DNA of 64,000 nt from an uncultured Nitrososphaerota archaeon (GTDB lineage: Archaea; Thermoproteota; Nitrososphaeria; Nitrososphaerales; Nitrosopumilaceae): contig OY969559.1 in assembly GCA_963701075.1 (NCBI GenBank), positions 1,408,001 to 1,472,000 of the forward strand. The letters are read 5' to 3'. Numbering within the stretch: the stretch's first letter is position 1; each line of letters opens with the position of its first letter. Below, piece after piece: positions 1-9,718 of the stretch. The translations under genes were made by a program, and so were the position numbers. Under the pieces are notes generated by a model, which searched no databases, had not been told where the DNA came from, and saw only the letters and a program-made list of their open reading frames with translations.

Positions 1-429
1 CTACCAGATATGTCCATCGAAGAATCGGATCATTATCTTGATGTTGTTCGAAAAAACAACATGGATGCCATTTTCCTCATATCTCCTAATACCTCAGAAG
101 AGAGAATAAAGAGGATTTCAAGAATATCGTCTGGTTTTGTGTATTTGGTTTCAGTATACGGTACAACTGGAACACAGCAGCAATTTCAACAATATACACT
201 AGATGCCATAAAAAATGCAAAGAAGATACTAGATGGCAAAATACCACTGGGCGTAGGTTTTGGGGTTAACAATGCAGAACAGGCAAAGCTGATTTTACGA
301 ACAGGTGCTGATGCCATAATTGTAGCAAGCGCATTTTTACGTTTAATTGAAAAAACCTCTAAGACGAAGATCCAGTCAAAGATAACCGTATTTACAAAAA
401 GTCTGAAAAAAGCAACGATCTCAGAATAA
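1..429 (+). CDS. trpA: tryptophan synthase alpha subunit, 5' end outside window
   Basis: Frame open from base 1 (LPDMSIEES); motifs IFLISPNTSEERI, GFVYLVSVYGTTG, GVGFGV, GADAIIVASA. Confidence 0.95.
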   Translation, partial: LPDMSIEESDHYLDVVRKNNMDAIFLISPNTSEERIKRISRISSGFVYLVSVYGTTGTQQQFQQYTLDAIKNAKKILDGKIPLGVGFGVNNAEQAKLILRTGADAIIVASAFLRLIEKTSKTKIQSKITVFTKSLKKATISE

Positions 430-460
430 GAAATAAAAATACCATCAATCCATCATAGAT

Positions 461-2068
461 ATGCAGTCGGAAACTAAGTACATTTTTGTAACAGGTGGAG
501 TCATGTCAGGGCTTGGCAAAGGCGTTGTTTCGTCATCCATAGCAAAACTCCTTCAACTTTCAAATCAGAAGGTTTCTTGTGTTAAGATCGATCCCTATCT
601 GAATTACGATGCCGGAACCATGAATCCAATTGCTCATGGTGAGGTATTTGTCACTGATGACGGAGGCGAATGCGACATGGACATTGGCAATTATGAGCGG
701 TTCCTAAATCAGAGCATACCAAGAACACATAACATCACTACAGCCCAGATCTACTCAAGTGTGATAGAGTCTGAGAGACGAGGCGAATACTTGGGAGCAT
801 GTGTTCAGATAATACCCCATGTGACAGATGCCATCAAGGATAGGATTAGAGGCATTGCAAAGAGCGAGAACCTGGATGTTTTAGTGGTAGAATGCGGCGG
901 AACCGTTGGTGACATTGAAAGTCTGCCATTTCTAGAAGCATTAAGACAAATGAGGTTAGAGGAAGGATCTGACAATGTAGTTTTTGTTCATGTGACATTG
1001 GCACCGTCTCTTGATGTAGTAGGTGAACAAAAGACAAAGCCTACTCAACATAGTGTTCAAGAACTAAGAAGAATCGGTATTCAGCCCGACTTGATGGCAG
1101 TAAGATGTAGCAGGCCACTTGAAACTTCGGCAAAGAGAAAAATTTCATTGTTTTCTAACGTTTCTGAAAAGGATGTATTCTCATGTCATGACGCAGAATC
1201 CATACTAATGATACCGCAAATGTTGTATGATCAAGGAATTATCGATGTAATTTTTAAAAAATTTGGCAAGGTTGGACTTGTAAATACCTCAACTAACTGG
1301 GACAAGTGGAATGCCATAGTGAACTCGTTTGTCAACGTAAAAGACCAAGTAAAGATAGCCATGGTTGGAAAGTATGTCAAGTTGGCTGATAGTTATGTCA
1401 GTGTAAATCATGCACTAAAACATGCAGGATCCAAGATTGGCAAGAATGTGACAATAGACTGGATAGACTCTGAAGAGCTGAACGGTGATGTGGATAAGCT
1501 TGCACAATATCATGGAATTATTGTTCCAGGGGGATTTGGCGAACGTGGCGCCGAGGGTATAATCAAAACAGCAAATTTTGCACGAGAGAAAAATATACCA
1601 TACCTCGGCATATGTTTCGGATTTCAACTGGCAGCTGTTGCATTTGGTCGATACGTATGTGGCTTGTCAGATGCAAATTCAACTGAGATCAATCCAAATA
1701 CACGAGATCCTGTAATAGATCTTCTACCAGAGCAAAAATTCATTGAAAACAAAGGTGGTTCTCTCAGGCTAGGAGCAAACGAAATTAAAGTTGATAATAA
1801 CACTCTGGGGTTCAAGATTTACAAATCAAATACAATCTTTAAGAGACATAGACATAGATACGAATTTAATCAAAAATATCTAGAGTTATTCAATACAAAA
1901 GGACTGCAATTCTCAGGATATAGCGATAACAAAAAACGTATGGAGATTCTTGAGATACCAAATCACAAGTTCTATCTAGGAGTGCAATTCCATCCAGAGT
2001 TTAGTAGCAGGCCTGGATATCCAGAAGAGTCTTTTGAGGCATTCATACAAGCAGCCTCTAGTGCATAA
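461..2068 (+). CDS. pyrG: CTP synthase
   Basis: TKYIFVTGGVMSGLGKG, KTKPTQHSV, glutaminase GICFGFQ and FHPEF motifs. Confidence 0.98.
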   Translation: MQSETKYIFVTGGVMSGLGKGVVSSSIAKLLQLSNQKVSCVKIDPYLNYDAGTMNPIAHGEVFVTDDGGECDMDIGNYERFLNQSIPRTHNITTAQIYSSVIESERRGEYLGACVQIIPHVTDAIKDRIRGIAKSENLDVLVVECGGTVGDIESLPFLEALRQMRLEEGSDNVVFVHVTLAPSLDVVGEQKTKPTQHSVQELRRIGIQPDLMAVRCSRPLETSAKRKISLFSNVSEKDVFSCHDAESILMIPQMLYDQGIIDVIFKKFGKVGLVNTSTNWDKWNAIVNSFVNVKDQVKIAMVGKYVKLADSYVSVNHALKHAGSKIGKNVTIDWIDSEELNGDVDKLAQYHGIIVPGGFGERGAEGIIKTANFAREKNIPYLGICFGFQLAAVAFGRYVCGLSDANSTEINPNTRDPVIDLLPEQKFIENKGGSLRLGANEIKVDNNTLGFKIYKSNTIFKRHRHRYEFNQKYLELFNTKGLQFSGYSDNKKRMEILEIPNHKFYLGVQFHPEFSSRPGYPEESFEAFIQAASSA

Positions 2069-3063
2069 TCATTTTGGGATTTCATAGATTCGTTGCCTAG
2101 TATCTCGAAGTGAAACCCTTCTTTTCACGTAGCCCTTATCAAGCAAGTGTCTAAGTGCTAGTCTCACGGTCCTATCGGGAAGTAGAGTTTTTGCCACTAG
2201 TTCCTTTTGGGTAAGAGAATCCTTCATACTCTAATGTTTTAAGTAGTAACTTTGAGCTCGGTGGCATGTTTAAGAGTTCATCTGCAAGTTGTACTTTTTT
2301 TGCCAAAGCAGAAACTGTAGTTGAATCCTTTTTCATACGAATAACGTTAGCTGATTGTGAAAAATTAGTGCATTCTACAGTCTTATCAACTTTGAATCTA
2401 TCTTTCCCATCCATTACAACCTCGCATCTCAGACTAGATGATATGTCATCAATCTCGATAAAACTATCTTCTGGCACTATTAGTGGACGCCTTGTTATAT
2501 CAAGGGAGTTTACTGAGACTACACAGAACACTTTAGAACCTTGGTATACTGCAGGTCCACCCGCAGACATGGAATATGCAGATGAGCCAATAGGAGTAGA
2601 CACAATCAAACCATCGCTGCTATCATGCCAAAATTCCTCTCCGTTTACACGCAAAACATGCTCCATCAGAGTTGCACTTTTTGAAGAAAAAATTGCTACA
2701 TCGTTTAGTGCAGGGTAAACACTTTTGTCATCAATTTTAACTCCTACTCTAGTCAGGTGTTCTATCGTAAAATCACCTTTTTTTAGCCTGTTGAGATAAA
2801 TTGGAAATTCTTTAAGAATCAGTCTGAGCCAGGTAACCACTTGATTCAAACTCATTAATTCCTAAGACAGGTATCGTACTATTGACAAAACGGTGAAAGT
2901 ATGATCTTACTCCACGGTCTCCCCCAGTTACAATCACATAATCAATCTCTTTTCCAAAGGTTTTGTTAGTAAGAATATTTGATTCAATTCCATGACTTTC
3001 AAGGGATTGCTTGACCGACTTTACAGTCTGGTCTTGATCTTGACTGTAAATGGCCACTTTCAT
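2069..3063 (-). CDS. nadK: NAD(+) kinase with C-terminal winged-helix domain; two +1 frameshifts (~2817, ~2218), probably sequence errors
   Basis: GGD motif (VTGGDRG), ALNDV and DGLIVSTPIGSSAYSMSAGG are split across ORFs 2812..3087 and 2172..2855. A third frame gives an HTH tail (SLTQKELVAKTLLPDRTVRLALRHLLDKGYV...IYEIPK*) ending at 2069. Confidence 0.85.
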
Positions 3064-3095
3064 ATCAGAGACTGAACCCTTGCACAATAAAAAGC

Positions 3096-3971
3096 CTAAA
3101 CTTGCGAGAACTTTACCAGGTTATACAGATACGCAGCATTTTGTTGTATACTACCTGAATTTGGTATTTTTGAGATGCCAGTAGCTTTTGTCTCCAATGC
3201 TGCCTGAGCTGCTCCAACTGCAAAACAGATAGCCCATAGAGAATCTTTCTCTTTCAGATATGAACATGCAAATGCTGCACAGAATATATCTCCCACACCA
3301 GTTGTGTCTCCAATCTCCATATTTGGAATGTGTAAATTATACAGCCTGTCTTTAACTAGCATCATTATGTCTTGTTTGTTGGTGTAAAGAACGTGTTTCA
3401 CTCCTTTCTTTTGCAATGCAAGCATTGCTTCCTTCTCTTGCAAACCTGTAAGATAGAAAGCCTCGTCTGGGTCTGTTTTAATTGCTGTTATTTTTGAAAC
3501 GTCAAGCAATGTTTTTTCAAGATATATCTTACCATTACCATCAACACGACGCAAGAATCCTTGGGGATCAAATAGAAAAAAATCAGAATCTTCTCTTATT
3601 TGATCAAGTGTTTCCTCTGATACTTCGTCAAAGACAGGACTTACAATGAAACCGTCTGCGTCAGAATTACTAAATTCTATTGGATCGCATTTTGCCTTGA
3701 GATACAACTCTCGTTCTGCACCAAGAACATTTAGTGAAAAACGAGTAGTGGGATTATCGGAAGTTGCGTTCTGTGGAAGGAACAGGCCCTTGGCCTCAAG
3801 ATCGCGCTTGAATTTAAAATCAGGTCCGACTCTAGTTTGTAGTTCTACATCAAATTTCATATTTTTGGCAGTAATTCCGCAATAGGCAGCAGGTCCTCCA
3901 GGTGTTTCCACCACCTGCCCATTTCTTGATATCTCATCTATAGTGCAATGTGACAATATGGCAAGTTTCAT
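3096..3971 (-). CDS. PfkB-family carbohydrate kinase
   Basis: PGGPAAY N-terminal motif, DPQG, DTTGVGDIF PfkB signature; likely start MKLAIL at 3971. Confidence 0.9.
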   Translation of the reverse strand: MKLAILSHCTIDEISRNGQVVETPGGPAAYCGITAKNMKFDVELQTRVGPDFKFKRDLEAKGLFLPQNATSDNPTTRFSLNVLGAERELYLKAKCDPIEFSNSDADGFIVSPVFDEVSEETLDQIREDSDFFLFDPQGFLRRVDGNGKIYLEKTLLDVSKITAIKTDPDEAFYLTGLQEKEAMLALQKKGVKHVLYTNKQDIMMLVKDRLYNLHIPNMEIGDTTGVGDIFCAAFACSYLKEKDSLWAICFAVGAAQAALETKATGISKIPNSGSIQQNAAYLYNLVKFSQV

Positions 3972-4214
3972 GGATTGTTTCCTAGCACCTTTCCATTTAG
4001 TTCTTCTTCTAAATTTGTTTTTTAAGATAGGAAGGCAAATTTCGGTGTTTTCCATAATGACTTACAGTATTAGAACTCGGACATGCTTGACACAAGCCGT
4101 ATACATATTCTAATGTTGCAGGTATCTCAAACTTTGTGATGAATAATCAAAATATTTGTCATAAAATTGTCTGGTCAAATGCGTTTATTTAGAGGCATAT
4201 TACAGGTACCATAT

Positions 4215-4503
4215 ATGCCATTAAAGCGCGCAAGTAGAGGCAGAAAGAAAGGAGGAAAAGGATCCTCTGATCGTGTACAATGCTCTAACTGTGGCGCGAC
4301 CGTACCACGTGACAAGGCAAAGAAAGTAACATCGAGATTGAATCTGGTAGAACATAGTTTAGCTGAAAGAGCTTAGAGCACAAGGAGCTTACATCGCCTC
4401 ACCTACAGTATTGAAGCATTATTGTATCTCATGTGCAATTCACTTTGGCATACTAAAGATTAGATCAGCAGATTCGAGACGTCAAACAGGTAGACTGCGC
4501 TAG
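4215..4503 (+). CDS. rps26e: 30S ribosomal protein S26e; +1 frameshift at ~4365, probably an error
   Basis: MPLKRASRGRKKGGKG..VQCSNCGATVPRDKAKK; after removing one G it continues KELRAQGAYIASPTVLKHYCISCAIH...RLR*. Confidence 0.92.
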
Positions 4504-5078
4504 TCGCTTATCTTTTTAGCTGTAGCAATCATTCTTTGGACAAATGTTATTCCTGCAATAATGATTACTATGATTACAGCGTAATTGAGAAAAACTGCAC
4601 CTGCCATTCCAACTATTGCGATTACAAGTAATCGTTCTGCTCGTTCACCTATTCCAATTCCCTGTAGCTGAATGCCTAGCGATTCCGCTCTTGCTCGGGT
4701 GTAACTTACAAGCAATGACAGAGTTATTGCTAAAAGAACTAGATAGCCTTCAGAATAATTTCCAACTAGTATGCCAAGAAATATTGCAACTTCTGCAATC
4801 TTGTCAAAAACAGAATCTAGAAAGGCGCCTTTTTTAGATGTCTTTCCTGTGATTCGTGCTACTTGGCCGTCCACGATATCAAAAAATCCAGAAATCAAAA
4901 GTAGAATGCCACCGATTACAAACGAATACTGGAAATGAATTCCATAAACTATTGCGGATGCAAATGCAAATACAAGACCTACTGCAGTCCAGAAATTTGC
5001 AGAAAGACCAGTAGAAGCAAAGGCTTTTCCTATGTTCTGTAGAGTTGGTTTTAGGCTCTCTCTGAAATTGTTAAGCAT
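4500..5078 (-). CDS. CDP-alcohol phosphatidyltransferase (archaetidylinositol-phosphate synthase-like)
   Basis: DIVDGQVARITGKTSKKGAFLDSVFD signature; multiple TM helices. Confidence 0.9.
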   Translation of the reverse strand: MLNNFRESLKPTLQNIGKAFASTGLSANFWTAVGLVFAFASAIVYGIHFQYSFVIGGILLLISGFFDIVDGQVARITGKTSKKGAFLDSVFDKIAEVAIFLGILVGNYSEGYLVLLAITLSLLVSYTRARAESLGIQLQGIGIGERAERLLVIAIVGMAGAVFLNYAVIIVIIIAGITFVQRMIATAKKISD

Positions 5079-5169
5079 CTTGACTCTCAATCGTTCTTTA
5101 GGATTAAAGCGTTTACGCCTTCACAAACGGACCAAAAATACTCAAATAATATAGGGTAGAATAACTTGC

Positions 5170-5382
5170 ATGGGCATCATAGCCAAAGGTGCAAAGTGTA
5201 ATGTTATTGGTTGTGATAAAGACGGACTTCGTTCTTTAACCACTTCCAAGGTTGAAGGCACTGGCTTGAGTATTTCTGGCGTTGGAAAGAAAACAGCACT
5301 GTGTAAAGAACATTACAAAGAATGGAAAAAGGCAACCAAAGACGACCGAGATGTTGAAAGGGCTAGATACGATAGATTTTAG
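5170..5382 (+). CDS. small Zn-binding hypothetical protein
   Basis: CxxxxC ... CKEH motif, 70 aa, upstream TATA-like AT-rich stretch. Confidence 0.7.
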   Translation: MGIIAKGAKCNVIGCDKDGLRSLTTSKVEGTGLSISGVGKKTALCKEHYKEWKKATKDDRDVERARYDRF

Positions 5383-5516
5383 CCACCTTCTTTTATTCTC
5401 AGACTTGACAAAATTATTTAAGCAAATTTTACGTAAATTGTAATTACTTGCTATCTTGAATATTCGATATGCTTTAAGAGCTAATGCCAAAAACGAGGCC
5501 TTTATAATGCCCTGAT

Positions 5517-6119
5517 TTGTCAAACAATCCGATGAAGTCAAAACCAATGGGCGCGCTATTGGGTGTTTTGGCGATAGTTGCCATTATTGCAATAGCTCCA
5601 CAAGCTTTTGCGGCCAATGCCCAAGTAACAATCAGCAAGGGGGCAAGCTTAACTAATGGAACTTGTTCAGCAACAACCTGTTTTAATCCAAATTCCGTCA
5701 GCATCAATGTTGGCGACACAATAACTTGGACAAACGCTGATACAGTTGGACATACTGCAACAAGCGGAAAACCTTCAGACAATACAACCGGTACTGTCTG
5801 GGACAGCAGTTTGATTAAGGCCGGAGGCACATTTACATCTCCTCCTTTCGCAACAGCTGGAACGTATAACTATTTTTGCCAAGTTCATCCATGGATGACT
5901 GGTCAAGTAATAGTTGGAGCAGGATCTGCAGCTAGTTCACCAACTACCACCGCACCTTCAGGAAACAATATGACAGGTATGAACATGACTGGAAACAGCA
6001 CGATGTCTGGAAACCAGACCGTACCCGAATTTGGCCCTGTAGCGTCACTAGTTCTTGTAATTGCAATTATTAGCGTAATTGCATTCACAGCAAAGACTAG
6101 AGGCTTACCAAAGCTCTAA
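5517..6119 (+). CDS. plastocyanin/azurin-family copper protein with PEFG-CTERM sorting signal
   Basis: Signal peptide; type-1 Cu ligands GHTAT and YFCQVHPWM; C-terminal VPEFG + TM helix + basic tail. Confidence 0.92.
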   Translation: MSNNPMKSKPMGALLGVLAIVAIIAIAPQAFAANAQVTISKGASLTNGTCSATTCFNPNSVSINVGDTITWTNADTVGHTATSGKPSDNTTGTVWDSSLIKAGGTFTSPPFATAGTYNYFCQVHPWMTGQVIVGAGSAASSPTTTAPSGNNMTGMNMTGNSTMSGNQTVPEFGPVASLVLVIAIISVIAFTAKTRGLPKL

Positions 6120-6148
6120 ATCTTCCATTTTTCTATTTTTAATTCGTA

Positions 6149-7225
6149 CTATTTTTTTACATTTTTCTTGTTGTTAAAATAGGAACTGGCAAGGTCTTTG
6201 TAATACTTGTCCAATTTCTTGTACAGCCGCTTTGGTTTCCTAGGCTTTTCAGTGCTTAATGCATAAAGACATAGCACCGGAAATGCAATAGTTGCGTCAG
6301 TGTACACCATTATAACATCTTCATGCGCATCCTTTACTTTGCCCCAGCTTTTTCCCTCTTGTAACGTAGCCCCAGATAGACCACCAGTATCGGGTCTTGC
6401 GTCAGTTATCTGAATAATGTAATTTTGTCCACCATGGCCCAATCCAAGTATTTGATCTAAGAGCGGACCTGTTTGCTGCGCAGTGTTTTTTGGCACTCCA
6501 CCACCCAACTCCACTATGCCAGACTTTTCCGAGTTGTAAACTATTGCAGCTTGCTCCAATATTTCCCTTACAAAATCTAAATTATACAACTTGTTTTCAA
6601 GGCGCAGTGGGGCAAGATCCAATGCAAGTGACGAGTCCTTTAATGTAGAGATGTAAACAGGTACATCATAGTCATAGGCAGTCACTACAAAGCTTTTTTC
6701 AGGATGTTTTGAATGTGCTTTTGAGTATTTCCCCATTGCATTACAAAACTCTGCTGTTGTAAATGACTCATCAATAAGATTATCTGTGAACATTTTTTGA
6801 ACTATTTTATCCTCTGCTTTTAGTGTCTCTTCGCCTTTGATGTATACATCCCTGATTCTGACGATATCTTTTTCATATAATACCATGTCATCTACTTCAA
6901 AATGGCCTTGTTTTACAGGTAAATTCCATGCAAAATGGTCCTCATGGTATACATTTGCGCCAGTTGAGATTATCCAATCTACAAATCCTCGTTCTATCAG
7001 TGTTTTAAAAAGCCCGCCAAACCCAACTGGTGTCATTGCACCAGATACAGTAAGGCAGATGGTGGCATCATCCTCAATCATTTTACAATAGAGTTTAGCA
7101 GCGTCACCTCACTGTCTAGCATTATAACCAGTACTTGCGAAGATTTCTACCAAATCATCAATGCCCATGTTGGGTTTTATTTTTAGATGAGGAATATCTT
7201 TTCCACGAAAATTATGATGATCCAC
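6149..7225 (-). CDS. deoxyhypusine-synthase-like protein (probable homospermidine biosynthesis paralog); in-frame TGA at 7109-7111, probably an error
   Basis: SGAMTP, ISTGAN, GGGVPKN, TGGLSGATLQEGKSWGK. The frame extends upstream of the ORF call through one TGA to GTG at 7225 (MDHHNFRGKDIPH...GYNARQ*GDAA). Confidence 0.85.
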
Positions 7226-7312
7226 GAACGGGTAATTTAATTTTGGGCTAAATAAATACTTGCCAACAACATTTCAATGATCATATTTTGCGATACAGTG
7301 TGAAGAGATTGT

Positions 7313-7438
7313 TCATGCAGCAGCTAACTTTACTTCTGTTGCATGGTGTCGTGAGACTTCATTATGCATTGTAACATGCGCATGTTCTTTGAAAACCAAG
7401 TTACATCGGTAACATTTCCACGCAGTCATGCCGCTCAT
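7313..7438 (-). CDS. 41-aa C2H2-type zinc-finger microprotein (not in ORF track)
   Basis: MSGMTAWKCYRCNLVFKEHAHVTMHNEVSRHHATEVKLAAA*; TATA-like CTTATATA ~20-30 nt upstream. Confidence 0.65.
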   Translation of the reverse strand: MSGMTAWKCYRCNLVFKEHAHVTMHNEVSRHHATEVKLAAA

Positions 7439-7608
7439 GGCTCCATATCACAATTTTGCTATATAAGACCCGCGTATGATTTGTACTAGTAAATCATCTA
7501 ATCAAAAAACAATTTAACATAATTCTGATGAACATGATTGATAAATGGTTATTCATTTTCAATTCCTGCCATATAGTATTTTAATAACAATCAAGAGACT
7601 GAAAATGA

Positions 7609-9381
7609 ATGCGACCTTTCAAGCCAGGTAAATGGAATCTAAATGAACTTGTAACTAACCCTTATTCTCCCTCATTTAAGGGCAGATTACATGAGATCGA
7701 GTCCAAAGTCAAAGAATTTGAAAAAAATAAGAAGAATCTCGTTTCTAATATTTCGGAAAAAAAATTTGTGTCTATGCTCCATGCCTTGGAAGAGATATCA
7801 GAAAAGTTTGGCATTGTTTCAGGCTATGCATCGTTAGAGTATTCTTCAGATACCCAGTCTGACAAGATAACTTCACTTCTTACTAAAATGAGACAGTTTG
7901 GAGCAGAAATTGATAACCGTACTTTGTTTTTTGATCAATGGTGGAAGAAGCAACTTGATGAAAAAAATGCACAGAGGCTAATGCAGCATACCGGCGAACT
8001 GCATGAATTTCTCAGGCATAAAAGGGCATTGGCACGATATTCATTATCAGAGCCTGAAGAGAAGATAATAAACACGTTAGATGTCACTGGCCACTCTGCC
8101 CTTGTAAAACTGTATGACAAAATTACTAATGCGTTCCAATTTACCGTAAAAATCAATGGAAAAACAAGAATCTATACTAGAGAAGAACTCACCCAACTTG
8201 TAAGAAGCCCAAAAGCAAAAACAAGAGAGATTGCATACAAATCACTTTTGTTGCAATTCGACAAGAACAAAGGCGTGCTGGGCGAGATATATCAAAATAT
8301 TGCTCTGAATTGGAAAGACGAGTGTATCCAAATTAGAGGATATGCATCTCCCATATCTGTTAGAAATATTGGAAACGACGTAGACGACAAAACCGTCAAG
8401 TCACTTATTTCAGTATGCAGAAATAATTCAGATGTATTTCGAAGATTTTTCTCATTGAAAGGGCGCATTTTAAAAGTAAAGAAGCTTCGAAGATATGACT
8501 TGTATGCACCTATCCAAAAAAAAGAAGAAAAAAAATACACGTATGATAAAGCAGTGAATATAGTACTTCAAACCCTTGATAGTTTTAATCCCACTTTGGG
8601 CGAATTTGCAAAAAGAGTTTTTACAGAAGATCATGTGGATTCTCAGATAAGAATTGGGAAGAGAAGCGGAGCCTTTTGTAGTACAATAGCACCAAAGATA
8701 ACTCCTTTTGTTTTACTAAATTTCAAAGGAAGAACTAATGATGTCTTTACCATGGCGCATGAATTAGGACATGCCATACACAGTATTGCTGCATCAGACA
8801 AATCAATTTTCATACAAGAAGCACCTTTACCATTGGCAGAAACTGCATCTACATTTTCTGAGATGTTATTATTTGATAGAATCCTAAATCAGGTTTCAGA
8901 TGAAGAGCAGCAAGCAAATCTAGTTGAGCATATTGATGATCTTTATGCTACCGTTGGAAGACAAGCATATTTCACAATTTTTGAGATTGACGCACATCAG
9001 AAAATAGGAGAAAGTGCAACGGTGCAAGAGATATCTGAAGAATATATGAAAACATTAAAGGAACAGTTTGGAGCATCACTTTCTATTTCTCCAGATTTTG
9101 CAGTAGAATGGACTTGTATCCCTCACTTCTTTCACTCTCCTTTCTATTGTTACTCGTATTCATTTGGAAACCTATTGTCACTTTCTTTATTCCAGAGATA
9201 CAGAAAGGAAGGGCAATCGTTTGCGTCTACCTATGTGAAGATCCTTGCTGCTGGAGGGGCACAAAAACCAGAGGAATTGCTCAAAGAATACGACATAGAC
9301 ATATCATCTGAAAAATTCTGGCAAGAAGGATTTGACTATATCAAAAACCAGACTAAAAGGCTTGAAGGTTTAATAGATTAA
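7609..9381 (+). CDS. pepF: M3-family oligoendopeptidase F
   Basis: GKRSGAFC, HELGHAIH (HExxH), AETASTFSE, HFFHSPFYCYSY. Confidence 0.93.
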   Translation: MRPFKPGKWNLNELVTNPYSPSFKGRLHEIESKVKEFEKNKKNLVSNISEKKFVSMLHALEEISEKFGIVSGYASLEYSSDTQSDKITSLLTKMRQFGAEIDNRTLFFDQWWKKQLDEKNAQRLMQHTGELHEFLRHKRALARYSLSEPEEKIINTLDVTGHSALVKLYDKITNAFQFTVKINGKTRIYTREELTQLVRSPKAKTREIAYKSLLLQFDKNKGVLGEIYQNIALNWKDECIQIRGYASPISVRNIGNDVDDKTVKSLISVCRNNSDVFRRFFSLKGRILKVKKLRRYDLYAPIQKKEEKKYTYDKAVNIVLQTLDSFNPTLGEFAKRVFTEDHVDSQIRIGKRSGAFCSTIAPKITPFVLLNFKGRTNDVFTMAHELGHAIHSIAASDKSIFIQEAPLPLAETASTFSEMLLFDRILNQVSDEEQQANLVEHIDDLYATVGRQAYFTIFEIDAHQKIGESATVQEISEEYMKTLKEQFGASLSISPDFAVEWTCIPHFFHSPFYCYSYSFGNLLSLSLFQRYRKEGQSFASTYVKILAAGGAQKPEELLKEYDIDISSEKFWQEGFDYIKNQTKRLEGLID

Positions 9382-9384
9382 AAT

Positions 9385-9448
9385 CGCCTGGCAACCAAGC
9401 GCCCCCAGTTGCCAGGCATGTTCCCCTACGGTTTGAACCGATGTCAGC
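9385..9448 (-). ncRNA. candidate small structured RNA (two hairpins), family unknown
   Basis: GC-rich patch. Perfect 10-bp stem 9386-9395/9408-9417, extended by G-U pairs only on the minus strand; second hairpin 9429-9440; TATA-like element at 9464-9475. Confidence 0.4.
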
Positions 9449-9529
9449 AATCCAAATGATGCATTATAATTTAAACTATTTGGAACTGATCTGAAACTAT
9501 TTTATTTTATAACACCAACTAAGTTTCAA

Positions 9530-9685
9530 GTGAAATACCCTCGATGTTGCAATAAGAAAGCGGAATATTTGATTACCTATGATTGCGGTCCAGATCCTCA
9601 AGAGACCATACTCGTATGCAAGGAACACTTCAAAGAAGAACCATTTCAGCGCTTTGCAGTAAAGATAGAAAAGTTGCGTGGGTAG
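9530..9685 (+). CDS. 51-aa Cys/His-rich putative Zn-binding microprotein (not in ORF track)
   Basis: GTG start; MKYPRCCNKKAEYLITYDCGPDPQETILVCKEHFKEEPFQRFAVKIEKLRG*; TTTTATAA upstream. Confidence 0.55.
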   Translation: MKYPRCCNKKAEYLITYDCGPDPQETILVCKEHFKEEPFQRFAVKIEKLRG

Positions 9686-9718
9686 ACTTAATAATTCGAG
9701 CTAAAAAAGTGGCAGTAA

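Noticed and set aside
3968-4180. Possible small gene on the minus strand (EYVYGLCQACPSSNT...ICLP)
   Set aside because: It needs several frame changes to join into one ORF and has no clean start; at best a relic.
7109-7111. Selenocysteine recoding of the in-frame TGA, given a SelB-like gene in the window
   Set aside because: The position corresponds to Leu rather than Cys, no SECIS is evident, aSelBL is not bona fide SelB, and the context fits a miscalled AGCT site.
9385-9420. Resemblance to 5S rRNA termini (GCCTGGC...GCCAGGCAT)
   Set aside because: Only 12 nt separate the arms; none of the internal 5S helices is present.
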